A stretch of 64,000 nt of DNA from the human T2T-CHM13v2.0 reference genome, Homo sapiens. Numbering within the stretch: position 1 is the stretch's first letter; the number at the start of each line of letters is the position of its first letter. The notes below the pieces were generated by a model. That model saw only the letters and a program-made list of their open reading frames with translations, did no database searches and was not told where the DNA came from. Position numbers and translations under genes: made by a program. The stretch lies in assembly GCF_009914755.1 (NCBI RefSeq), contig NC_060947.1; one strand, written 5' to 3'. Of the stretch, positions 28,410-64,000 are shown piece after piece.

Positions 28410-28888
28410 TGCCCACAGTGCATGCACACTGTATGCCCACAGAGACTCTGGGAGCACCGCCCAGATAACTGGGGGCCTCTTTCACCAGTTCTGCCTGCCA
28501 GTCCCCTAACTGCTCCAGTGGCTGTTGCTGATGGTTCACACCTGTGACCCTCTACAGAGGTTTGCCCTCAGATGATTGGAGCCACTCAGACCCGAGGTGC
28601 TCTGGAGCTAGGCATCTTCAGCCACTGATTGGTATAGAGGCATACAGTCTCCTTTCCCTGGCTTCGGCGCAGAACAGATTCTGAGATCCAGTGTCTGCTC
28701 CAGAGCTCCCCGTGGGATCAGGCCTGAGGCTAGACTCCTGGAACCACATCCTTGCTAACCTTCTTCTCTCCTCCTCCTCTCTCCTCCCTCCTTACAGCTT
28801 CCTGCTGAGAGCACCCCCACTCAATAACTGCCACTTGTGCAAGAACCCGTGTTCCAGGCTCCACTTTTAGGGAGGCTTACTTGAGACA
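28410..28888 (+). mobile_element. LTR16-like ERVL LTR
   Basis: ctccagagctccccgtgggatcagg..gaggctagact, ctcaataa..cacttgtgcaagaaccc and terminal gagaca. The 5' boundary is approximate. Confidence 0.7.
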
Positions 28889-29244
28889 GAAGGTGGGGTA
28901 GGCACACAGTTTGTTTTTCTCTGGGTTGTCACACTCAGAACACAGTGTAGAGATTATGCAGAGGCAGAGACCAAGTCTCATACATATTTCTTTCCTCCAT
29001 CTGACCTGAAATGATTAAAGCCAAAAAGATCCTGGCTTGAAGTGCCCACTGGAAAGGATGTGCAAGTGCTGGAGCTACTGGGCTACAAAGGAAGCTGTCT
29101 GGCACCTTGGTCTAAGCTGTGTAGGAAAAAGAAAAAAAAAAAACAACAACAAACCAGAAAACCTAGTTCTGTGGATTGTCACACCCAAGCTAAGCCACTA
29201 GAATTCAGCTTGGGGACCTCTCTGGCTGATTGCGGCCTGCAAGT

Positions 29245-30146
<902 letters not shown>

Positions 30147-30515
30147 TCACCAGGCTATTTCAGAAGAGGGTGTTACATCCACCAGCAAACTGGGGGAGAA
30201 TCATGTCTTGAATGATTCTGAGACCATGTCTAATGGGGATTTCATTAGGGTTCTGACTGTGAAGATGCTGCTTCAGAGATTGTGGGGGATATTGCCTGCA
30301 GTTCAGAGGGCAGAGTCTAAAACTGAGAGCCAGGAAGGTACTAACCATGTGTCAGGCAGATGGGGGCTGGCTAAAGAGTGAAGGGGTCAGGGACTGGGTA
30401 GCCAAGGGTCAGGGTCAGGTTTAGCAGGCCCCACAGGAAGTCTTGAGCTAGTTCTAAGAATGTTACTGGAATGTTGTCTATGCTTGACTCATACATAATG
30501 AAAACACTACTTTTA

Positions 30516-30850
<335 letters not shown>

Positions 30851-30877
30851 AATCCATTCAGTGGACATTGCCTGGAA

Positions 30878-31281
30878 GTGACGGTTAATTTTGTGAGTCA
30901 ACTTGACTGGCCCACAGGGTGCCCAGGTATTTGGCTAAACATTATTCTGGGTGTTTTCGTAAGGGTGTTTTTGCATGAGATTAACGTCTGAATCTATCGA
31001 CCCAGCAAAGCAGATGGCCCTCCCTAATATGGGTGAGCCTCATCCAAGCAGCTGAAGGCCTGAATAGAACAAAAGGGCTGATACCCCCATATAAGAGGGA
31101 ATTTCTTCTTCCTATCTTCAGGCTGGGACATTGTTTTTTCTGTCTTCAGACTCAGACTGAAACATTGGCTCTTCCTGGGTCTCCTGCTTGCTGAGTCACT
31201 CTGCAAATCTTGGGCCTTGTCAGCCTTCATAATCATGTGCCCCAATCCTACTGGTTCTGTTTCTCTGGAGAACCCTAATAT
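30878..31281 (+). mobile_element. MLT2-family ERVL LTR
   Basis: ggttaattttgtgagtcaacttgactgg...gaaggcctgaatagaacaaaagg...ggttctgtttctctggagaaccctaata. Confidence 0.85.
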
Positions 31282-32014
31282 GCTGGATAAATAAACAACT
31301 CCATTCCTGTATAAATACCCCAGTGGGCCCCGTGATTTTCAGCTCAGTCTTAGGTAATAGTCTCATAGATCCTCAAAGACACAAATGTAGCCTCTCCCAT
31401 AATTAGAATAACCAGTCTAAGAGATTCTTTATAACTTCTCCTCTCCCCAACTCTGGCCTGCTTCCAGTTGGAATCCTCCAGCAGGAAGTGGGCAGGAAGT
31501 GGATGTGGCTGGCTTCCTATTTCTCCACCTTGTACTTCCTTCTCCTTCCCTCCATCCCTACTAGCTTCTGAGTGTGGGGAATGGGTGGAGGGCGGAGTGG
31601 TAAGGGAATGGGCAAGGCCTCCCTTGGCCAGGTTCTCTCTGAGCCTGGCAGGTGTCTAAAGCTGACTCTCTGTCCCCTGGGAGTTTTTATGGGCTCTTCA
31701 AAGATTCTCATGGCTCGGGGATCTCCCAAGCTTGTGAATACAGAGGCATGAGTGTCACCTTCCTCAGCCCTGGGCACTGGGCAAGTACCCTCTGGCTTCT
31801 TTATGCTGAGGCCTCCCCAGCCCCCAGAAGTCCTCTTGAGCAGCCTCTCAGACAACTCTAGGGAGGCTGCCTCCTGTGGAGTTAAAGGAAACAGACAAGT
31901 TTTCTCCCAGTGTCCTGTGGAAGGGTCGGGTGATTCCAGTGTGGCAGCACTCCCCTGTCTTGGCCACCATGGTAGTGAGCCAGCCGTCATTTACCCTTTA
32001 TTTATTTTGATTAA

Positions 32015-32312
<298 letters not shown>

Positions 32313-33499
32313 CATCATTTACCCTTTAGAAGTCCCAGGTAGGAGTTGACCCCAGTCTACTTCACCACAGCCTGCTTTAGTCTTCTCAAGCGTGGGTCTG
32401 ACAGGGTCCCCCATGATTCCAGACAGCGGCACCTCCCTCAGCGTCATGAGCACCTCTCACTCTGGCCCTGGGGCTTCTTTGTGGCTGCCTGGGTTGGGAG
32501 ACTCCACCTCAGCATTCTGAAGCTTGTGCAAACACCCCGAGGGCAACCCTCGGCTGAGTGGGGCTGGGAGCCATAGATAAATACTGTCCTGTTCCACCCT
32601 TCAGGCAGAGAATTCTGAGAGTCGTTTACATGGCCTGGGAAAGTCCCCAGTGATAGCAAGCCCCAGTTACCTACAATAATGAGGAGCTCGGATCAGCTTT
32701 CCCTCCTCCCCTGTTTCACTCTTTCCTGTCCCTCGCTCCTGTCCCTTGGGACCATTCCAAGAAATCAATTAACTGTAAAGAAGCCCTCCTTTGAGGGCCA
32801 GGGTAGGGAGAGTGGGGGTGAGGAGACAGGCTCAGACGGATCCCTCATTAGACTTTGGTTAAGAGGTAAAACCTTCCCACATACATCCTTCCCCATATAA
32901 CCTTTCATTTTAAGGGCTTGGGTGGGGTCTTAGACACCACAGCTACTACCCCTTCCCCCTAAATCTCTTCCTCTATTTCCCCTTTCTCGCTCTCTGACCT
33001 TTCCTATCTTTGATCTGGCTGAGACCCTCCAGAGTCGCTGAACAGGCCCGGGAACCATTTCTTTTGTAAATCTATATATGGCGATTTGGCACCTGACTCT
33101 GAAATTTCACATTTATTGTAGCTCAGTGTCTCTGTAGAAGCTTCCATTTTTATATCCTGTTACACACTGATCATTCCACCCAGAGTTCCTCTTCCAGAAA
33201 ACGCTGACACCTAGTTTTTTTAGTGTCTGTTACACAAGTTCCAGTTTTCCTGTCATCCCGGTCCATCCCTCTGGTCCTGTTCTGAGCTGGGTTACTAACG
33301 TCAGTCTTAAAATATGCCCACTCCCTGCCCACTGCCAGCGAAGCCAATGAGGCACACTCCACAAAAGACCTGACTGGCAAATAGTCGATGACTACCTCTG
33401 CCTGAATACTATGCAGCTATAAATGCAGCCTCATCTTGTCCTCGTTTTAGCAGCCACATCATCTGGCTACATAGTAACTGCTGATTCCTATTTCCTAAT

Positions 33500-33880
33500 G
33501 CCTGCCGGACATTTCCACTGGGATGTCTTCAGGCTCCTCACATTAATAAGCCCACGATAGCTCATTATGTCGTCCCACAGAGCTCTGCCTCATGTATTTG
33601 TGGTCTCGGAGAATGGAGTCACCCAATCTCCCAGGCTAGCCACCTCAGAGACTCTCGTAAAGACTCCAGCCCCTCCAGCCTCCCCATCCAATTCCACCTC
33701 TCCCCGATCCTCTGGGTTCTATAGCTTGAACGAGTCTCCAGCCCCACTACCTCAGTTCACGTCCCATCACTCCAACAGCCTCCTATCTGGTACCCCTCTG
33801 ACCTCCAAGGGGTCTTATCTTTCTCTGAGTCGATTCAGATCTTGTCGCTTTTTGGTTTAGAAACTTTTGTGGCCTTTCCA
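33500..33880 (+). mobile_element. L2 fragment
   Basis: ggacatttccactgggatgtc, aatggagtcaccc and caacagcctcctatctggt are typical L2 words; highly diverged. Confidence 0.55.
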
Positions 33881-34579
33881 TCGGCCGTATGAGCAGCTAG
33901 CTTTCAGTTCACAGGTAAGAACTATAATAAAAGTATTCACAAATCAGCTCTAAGACCTTTCCCCAGCCTCAGCTGGGGCACATATACAATGCCCCTGACC
34001 TTCCTCGAAGGTCACGATCTTGGGTCCAGTGGGACTAAGGTTTGAAGCTCTACTTTCCTCTTCATTTCTGCCACCAAGTCTCTGAATTCCTGCCTCTGAC
34101 AGTAACCCCGTGACTGTGGTTCTCCAGTCTCCAGTCATTACTCTCGGCTCTCATCATTCTCTTCCTATGTTGAGTCAGGTTTCTCAATGATAACTGCCTG
34201 CTATTAATTTTCAAAGTCCCAAGCATCCTACTGGCTGCATCCAAATAACAGTCATCTGAGTATATAGTCCCCAGTCCCCTGGGGAGCAGCAAGTGGCCAA
34301 AGCTCATTAAGAAACTACAGAAGTGGCCTGCAATGTTCACTCTTCCTACCTGCTTTGAGGGCAGGATTCCAGAACACAGTGATCTTCTCCACCTACTCTT
34401 TTCAGTTGTTGATGTTGTCCTGAGAGACTCAACTCCGGCACATCAGAGTACCTACATGAGTCCATTGATATTCTGAGGACAGGCCCCACCTGCTCTTGGA
34501 GTGGTCAAAGGGCTGGCGGTGGGGGAGAAGGCCGGGGACTCCAGCACCACTGGAGAATGTGCCAAGAGCCAACCAAATC

Positions 34580-34782
34580 AGCCGGGTGCGGTAGCTCACG
34601 CCTGTAATCCCAGTACGGTGGCAAGCGCCTGTAATCACAGCTACTCGGGAGGCTGAGGTAGGAGAATTGCTTGAACCCAGGGGTCAGAGGTTGCAGTGAG
34701 CCGAGATCACACCACTACACTCCAGCCTGCGTGACAGAGTGAGACTCCATCTCAAAACAAAACAAACAAACTAACAAAAAAA
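34580..34782 (+). mobile_element. Alu with most of the left arm internally deleted
   Basis: First ~34 nt of the Alu joined to the right arm; TSD caagagccaa(c/t)caaatc. Confidence 0.9.
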
Positions 34783-35029
34783 CAAGAGCCAATCAAATCT
34801 ATATACAGGGTGGAAGCCACCCAGACTGTGGATGAACAGTTCTGAACTCAGGGCCTATGAACCCCTAGGTTGTGAATACCCAGAAATTATAGGTAAAATC
34901 TGATAATATATATATTGGCACTTCTGGAAAGAAGATCCACAATTCTCATCACATTCTCAAAGGAGTCTGTGACACAAATGAGGTTCAGGAAAGGAGAACA
35001 AAGTGGCCCTACAGAACAATTATTTTGTT

Positions 35030-36420
<1,391 letters not shown>

Positions 36421-36523
36421 GGAGGAGGGAGGGGAATGTTTTCAATCTGGTAGGTAATACAGCACATTTCAGGTTTTACTGAAGCCCTGTGTGGAAGCTG
36501 GTCAGGACTGCAGCTGTGGACTA

Positions 36524-38992
<2,469 letters not shown>

Positions 38993-39677
38993 ATGGGGCT
39001 TTAATGAGGAGTGTGGCAGAGTTCCCTGACAGCCGTGCCCCTACCATGCTGGGCTTGTGGACAGGCAAGAGTGGGTGTCACAGGCTGGGTGTACTGCTCT
39101 CCCTCTTTCCTGCTGGGGGCACTGCTGCTGTCACAACTCTTCCTTCCTCTTCCCTTTGGGTACCAATAGCCGAAGGGCACAGCTGAGGGAAAGCAGACAC
39201 ATGTGGACAGTAACCCCAGACGTCACCAGCCCAGACAGCAGTGATCCCGACTTGGCCAGTGATGTTAACCAGCAGTTTCTGTTTAAGTGGAAAATAGTTC
39301 CTAAAGGGAAGCTCCTGCCCTTCTATGGTTCACAGTAGGGCTAAGGGTTAGACTGGTGGACACAGCATGGCATAGGGAAAAACAGCTCAGTCCCAAACCA
39401 ACACAGAGCCTGCCTGAAATGCCCGCATTGACTTTGCTTTTCAGTATTTCAATGTCATGCACAAAATCCAAGTTCATGATGTGTGTAGCTCAATGGAAAG
39501 AAGCAAATGAGCAGGCAGGAGTCAGATACAAATGGGGTGTGTCCACAAAATGTCATTTTGAAGTTTGTGGTTTGGCATTTGGAATGCATTTTCCTAGAGG
39601 AAAACAGAACTATGTTAAATGGATATTAGATTCCTAGACTAGACTTCAAAATTCTATATAACTCATAACATGGCTAA

Positions 39678-41605
<1,928 letters not shown>

Positions 41606-41702
41606 CTAGAAGGCACTGTGTGTATCCAGCCATTCATATTTGAGACCTGCTTTAATGCCTGGCGTTTGAAACTTAGGGCGTGTCTGCTCTGTAGTACTAG
41701 AC

Positions 41703-42508
<806 letters not shown>

Positions 42509-42511
42509 CTA

Positions 42512-46522
<4,011 letters not shown>

Positions 46523-46571
46523 CTAGACACTATATTAATCTTCCAGGATCCTCAGAAAACACTTCACCCCT

Positions 46572-46717
46572 GGCTGGTCTGACTGCAGTGGTGTTTACAA
46601 CTAGCTGATCACAACTACTTACAGATTTCTTTGTTCCTTCTCCACTCCCACTGCTTCACTTGACTAGACTTAAAAAAAAGAAAAGAAAAGAAAAGAAAAA
46701 GAAAAAGAAACAGAAAA
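46572..46717 (+). pseudogene. Y3 RNA (RNY3) processed pseudogene with A-rich tail
   Basis: GGCTGGTCTGACTGCAGTGGTGTTTACAAC...CTCCCACTGCTTCACTTGACTAGACTT (46572-46671), about 7 mismatches to recalled hY3; (A4-5G)n tail; TSD agaaaacactt(c/t)ac(c/t)cc at 46554-46570 and 46718-46734. Confidence 0.95.
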
Positions 46718-46959
46718 AGAAAACACTTTACTCCAACATTTGTCAGAAGAGTTTTACCAAGGAGGAAGGCAATGATGATTTCCATGCCCAGGAAGGAAGG
46801 GGAAGGAACCTGTATTGGGCCTTTAAAAGAAATACGTTCCCAGTATTACCACCATGAAACAATCACAAAAGATTCAAACTTTAAAGGCACATTTGAAGCT
46901 CTACATATATTTTAATGGCTGCGAAGTTCTCACACATCATGATGTAAGAAACAGTTTTA

Positions 46960-49360
<2,401 letters not shown>

Positions 49361-49387
49361 AAAGGTTAAAAAATAATAATGATCTCA

Positions 49388-51536
<2,149 letters not shown>

Positions 51537-51595
51537 TGAGAATGCTTTCCAGCCCCATCTCTAATCAGGACCTTGTCTTGTCAATTTTCCCTCCA

Positions 51596-53493
<1,898 letters not shown>

Positions 53494-53719
53494 CAATTTC
53501 CTCTCCTTTCGGAGAAAAGGAAAGCAAATCTCCCGATGATGTCAGCCACAGGAAGGACCACTTCATGAACTTTCGAGTCCATGATGGCATTTTTCTCCTT
53601 AGAACAGCTACTGTGCTTTTGGTACTATTCATTCATTTGTTCCACATTTACAAAGATGAATAGAATGCAGGCCCCACCGTAGAGGAGCTCACAGTCTAGA
53701 TGACTGGCACTACATACTG

Positions 53720-54500
<781 letters not shown>

Positions 54501-54979
54501 TCAAAATATATGCTGGACAACTTTGGAACCAAAGACAGCTATATATCCTTGATGCCAGTATTTAGATGTCTCTTAGATTCTGAGATGCAAATTGTGCCTT
54601 CATATACACACACACAGACTTTATCAAAATCATGTATATGTTTGAAGCCAGACTCTGGTTTATGCAAAATGATTAATATTTCTTCTTATATTCAATATCA
54701 AGTTGTGTGAAAGGTAACACATGATAGGTTCAAAAATATTCCAGAGAGGAAAGAGTGGGTGGCAGTTGGTGAGCTGCAACATTTTTCCTTTCACAGAACA
54801 ATTCTTGTAGAAGAAACAGCATCGCTGACTTTTTCTATTTTCAGCACAAAGTAACACTTAACTGATTAATATTCAAGTGAAGGTGTACAGCCACAAACCT
54901 CATTTAATCAACAAGCAATGCAAAACAACAAACTAATGCACAGCGGGGATGCAAACGGGTGGTCTGCCAGCGAAACTGA

Positions 54980-56605
<1,626 letters not shown>

Positions 56606-56631
56606 TTACGGGAGCACAGAGCAGGAAAGAC

Positions 56632-57428
<797 letters not shown>

Positions 57429-57429
57429 T

Positions 57430-57800
57430 GGCTGAGTGAGTGTGTATGCAGGGATTAGAAGGTGGAAGCACAGGTGCCGGGAGGGACGTGGTGAACAAAG
57501 GTGCAGAGGTGGGGAGATGCTGAGCATGCTCAGAGAATAGTGAGAAGTCCAGTAGAGGAGCAAAAAGTGCAGCCTGGGGGTGGGGTGGTAAAAGGGGGCA
57601 AAGTGCACAAGATGGGTGGGGAACCATGGAGGATAGGAGCCATCGTGACTGGATAGGCACTAGGTCTGCAATGACCTTGAATGCCATGGGAGGTGTCAGA
57701 GGTTTTCAAGCAGGGAAATGGCACAACAGGACTGTGTTCAAGAAGAAAACTCTGGTAGACACACAAAGGGTGAGGTAGAGGGGGAGAGGTTGGAAAGTTC
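57430..57800 (-). mobile_element. L2 fragment
   Basis: tgcagagg..tgagcatgctcagagaatagtgagaagtccagt and ggttttcaagcaggg L2 words. Confidence 0.6.
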
Positions 57801-57817
57801 TATGGGACAAATGATCC

Positions 57818-59945
<2,128 letters not shown>

Positions 59946-60407
59946 TTACCTCCACACCTATAATTATCCTTCTTATTATAGGGAAGTTCTATGTCTTTGA
60001 ACTTTATTCCAAATCCACCCTAAAGAAAAGTATGGATCAGCTGGACCCAGGAGGCCCTTCCCCTGGACCTTGCAGAAAAATGACTGACAATCATGAAATT
60101 CACTAAAGGCTTTAAGGTACCTATCTCTTGGAATCCCTTTTACAACTCCTTTTCTTCTAGCTTCGGAATAGTCTAATTATCTTTGTCCCAGGTTTTAGGT
60201 TACTTGGGCACATTATTTATGTGCATCGCAATAATGTGATTTCAGTCTATCTCTGTCTCCATTCTGCATAGAGAGGTGTGACAAATTTCCTGTCCTCTGT
60301 GGGCTCACACACAGCTGCAGTACCACACGGAATTACAGTGGAAGTTTGAACAGTGGAGACTGTGGGAGCCCAGTGCCCAGAGCAACCTACTCTACTAAGG
60401 GAGTTGA

Positions 60408-61315
<908 letters not shown>

Positions 61316-61877
61316 TCACTTCAAATAAAATTTGCAAATAACTGCCATGTGGAGAAAATATGCAAATGTTGCTAAACGGAAAAGTCATTCGGAGTGCTGT
61401 GAAAGTTGGCTCATTTATTTAGCTGCCTCAAGTGTGCACATCATTCTTTTTCAAAGTGAATGTGTTTAAAGACAAAGCTTTGTATGTTTTCCCGCTTCCT
61501 CTCCAATTGGATATTCCAATTATAACGTATTGATTAACAAAATACCCTGGTGGTTTGAACCAAGTATGCCTATGAGCAGGGGTTAATTGAAAATAGGGAA
61601 CTGCTGTATATTTCAATTCTTTTAGGTACTCCCATGGCGGTACCCTGTACTCGGCTCTACTCAAAAGTAAAACAAAGCCCAGAACCAGGGTAGTCAGTGC
61701 ATCCCATTGTTGCTATATGCAGTTTGAAGAGCTGTCGGAACTCACAGTTTTCGAACCTGACTCATGTTTACCCTGGTTCATAGGAAAACGAAACTGAAAC
61801 AAAACCGAGGTCCTTCACCAAAACTCCATGAGAATCCACGAATCTCAGGGCAGGAAGGGACCCTAATATCATTAAAC

Positions 61878-62545
61878 CTAGTGGCTCTCCAAGGGGCATT
61901 GTAGAAATCTGTGTATTTCTGGTTGTCACAATGACTGGCGAGAGCTACTGGCATTTAGTGGGCAGGAGCCAGGCACGCTAGGATGTTCTATGATGCTGGT
62001 CAGTCCCACAGAGCGAATAATTGAATCACTGGACACATGTCGGTGAAAAACTAGTTCATTATCATCTAAGCCTAGAACTAACACTGTTTTACATATGAAC
62101 ACAAAGTATCTTTGCCCAGTTTCCATATATCCTGAATTTTCCACAAATGCAGGTACTGTTTCAATTGAAGGAAGATTGTACTGTTTTATTTAAAAATTAT
62201 TAATAGTTCATCATTTTGGAAAATGAGGTTCCTAGTAGCAATGCTGCTCATGGAACTTGAGTTGTGAAATCAACACACCTTTCCAGTTTGCATTTGTGGC
62301 TCTACTGGGCAAGTGTCTTCCCACCAGTTAGTGTAGCTGTGCGGCGGCATTTACATATTATAATACATTGTTTTATTATAATCATTTTGCTTTCGTTTGT
62401 TGACAGATCATGTTTTTTGAAATTGTGTTTGTAGGTTTACATAAACAATTTAGGTTTTGTTATTTCAGTATAGGTAAAGGGGGCGTTAGAAAATACTCGT
62501 TATGAAAAGGAGTTGGGTCTTTCACAGGGTTATGGAATGTAGCAG
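61878..62545 (+). mobile_element. MER20B-like hAT-Charlie element inserted into a MIR
   Basis: ggttgtcacaatgactgg..gctactggcatttagtgggcagg start; MIR resumes as ttttatagatgagcaaattgagaccca. Confidence 0.65.
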
Positions 62546-63483
62546 ACTCCTTTTATAGATGAGCAAATTGAGACCCAAAGCCGTTAAACAACTTGCCCCC
62601 GACAGTGTGATATTCTCTCCCTATCTCGTTCGAATTTCCGTCTCGATTTTAAAAATTGAGAAGGGAGAGAAGTTATGTGTATAGTAAATTATGTGATGAG
62701 CACGAACTATTTGAATTCTGGCAGCAGAAGACCTTTTGTGGGGGTGGTGGAAACCACTGCGTTTTATTTAATTTCGTAGGGCTGAGGGTCAGAAGAGAGG
62801 GGAAAGCGGTCATAAGAAACTACGGATGTGCGGGCGCCGGCTCAAAGCCGGGAATCCACTAGTAAACACCTTCTTCTATTTAAGGGCCTGCGGCACCGAA
62901 GCCGGGACTTGGGGTGGCCTGCCTAGGAGGGAACCACAGGAAGAGGTTCCACCGACGGTAGAAACCCGGTTCCTCCTGTTCCTCATCCACCGCAGCGGCC
63001 TGAGAGTCACCCCGAGCCCAGGCCGGTAACCCCGCTGCAGCCCCTCCGGCAGGCCCAGGTTGCACCGGCTACAAACATTCCCGACACCCTTGGGCCCTAG
63101 AAGAGCCGTTCGCCACCCGCGGGGTCCCCGCAACGCCGGTGGTCACCGGCCCTAAGCCGCTGGGCGCCCCGCGGGAGGAAACTAGGGGCAAATGTAGCCC
63201 GCATTCCTGCGGAGAGCCGGGGTCCCGGGAGGGCGCGCCAGCGGCGGTTCCGGATCAGCGCGTGTCTGTCTCATTGTTCCCTCACCGCGGGGGGCGGGGG
63301 CGGAGGCGCGCGCGCACACGTCGGGGGGTTGGCCAGGAGGGGCCATTGTGTGTTTCTAGGCGGCGCCCCCGCTGCCTAGGCAACCGCGCAGGAAGGTGTC
63401 CGGCCACCTGCGCGCGCCGCCGGCTCCCCTCCATTTCCCCCCGACTCCCGCCCCGGTCACCATCCTACCCTCCTCCCTCCTCC

Positions 63484-64000
63484 TTTCCCCTTACTCCGCT
63501 CCCCTCTTTTCCCTCCCTCTCCTCCCCTTCCCTCTGTTCTCTCCTCCTCTTCCCCTCCCCTCCCCCGTCCGGAGCACTCTATATTCAAGCCACCGTTTCC
63601 TGCTTCACAAAATGGCCACCGCACGCGACACCTACGGTCACGTGGCCTGCCGCCCTCTCAGTTTCGGGAATCTGCCTAGCTCCCACTAAGGGGAGGCTAC
63701 CCGCGGAAGAGCGAGGGCAGATTAGACCGGAGAAATCCCACCACATCTCCAAGCCCGGGAACTGAGAGAGGAAGAAGAGTGAAGGCCAGTGTTAGGAAAA
63801 AAAAAACAAAAACAAAAAAAACGAAAAACGAAAGCTGAGTGCATAGAGTTGGAAAGGGGAGCGAATGCGTAAGGTTGGAAAGGGGGGCGAAGAGGCCTAG
63901 GTTAACATTTTCAGGCGTCTTAGCCGGTGGAAAGCGGGAGACGCAAGTTCTCGCGAGATCTCGAGAACTCCGAGGCTGAGACTAGGGTTTTAGCGGAGAG
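63484..64000 (+). other. DDX3X: Long 5' leader / exon 1 region of DDX3X (start codon lies downstream of the window)
   Basis: ctctatattcaagccaccgtttcctgcttcacaaaatggcc...gagactagggttttagcggagag matches my recollection of the long DDX3X 5' UTR; the TSS position is approximate. Confidence 0.75.
63949..63958. promoter_or_regulatory. TCTCGCGAGA palindromic CGCG element (BANP/ZBTB33-associated motif)
   Basis: Perfect 10-bp match inside a CpG-island promoter. Confidence 0.8.

Larger units (their letters stand above)
62750..64000 (+). promoter_or_regulatory. DDX3X: CpG-island promoter of DDX3X
   Basis: Very high CpG density; RFX-like gctgcctaggcaac 63371-63384, YY1 caaaatggcc 63608-63617, E-box gtcacgtg 63637-63644, TCTCGCGAGA 63949-63958. 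Gene identity from recalled DDX3X mRNA leader sequence. Confidence 0.85.

Noticed and set aside
63139-63765. 208-aa ORF in the DDX3X island
   Set aside because: Non-ATG start, crosses the polypyrimidine tract, no similarity to the DDX3X protein; a compositional artefact.

Overview
Primate (human-like) genomic DNA, about half of it Alu sequence, mixed with older L1M, L2, MIR, MaLR/ERVL LTRs and hAT-Charlie DNA transposon fossils. I find no intact protein-coding exon, and nearly all ORF-track entries are Alu translations. The last ~1.3 kb is a CpG-island promoter whose sequence matches, from memory, the long 5' leader of DDX3X, which would make this the USP9X-DDX3X intergenic interval at Xp11.4; the DDX3X start codon is beyond the window. 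Other recognisable items: a second CpG island (~5.8-6.8 kb), a 3'-truncated tailless 5S rRNA retrocopy (22889-22978), a Y3 RNA retrocopy (46572-46717), a SHISA5/Scotin processed pseudogene apparently copied from a short isoform (minus strand, ~51.6-53.5 kb), a truncated LTR12, and a solo ERV1 LTR nested inside an Alu. The least expected signal is two closely spaced inverted Alu-family pairs (29.7-30.0 kb and 58.4-58.7 kb) whose arms share derived substitutions, implying local hairpin-type gene conversion or fold-back copying. I cannot support a wholly new multi-gene system. Repeat subfamily names and gene symbols come from recalled consensus sequences and need database confirmation.
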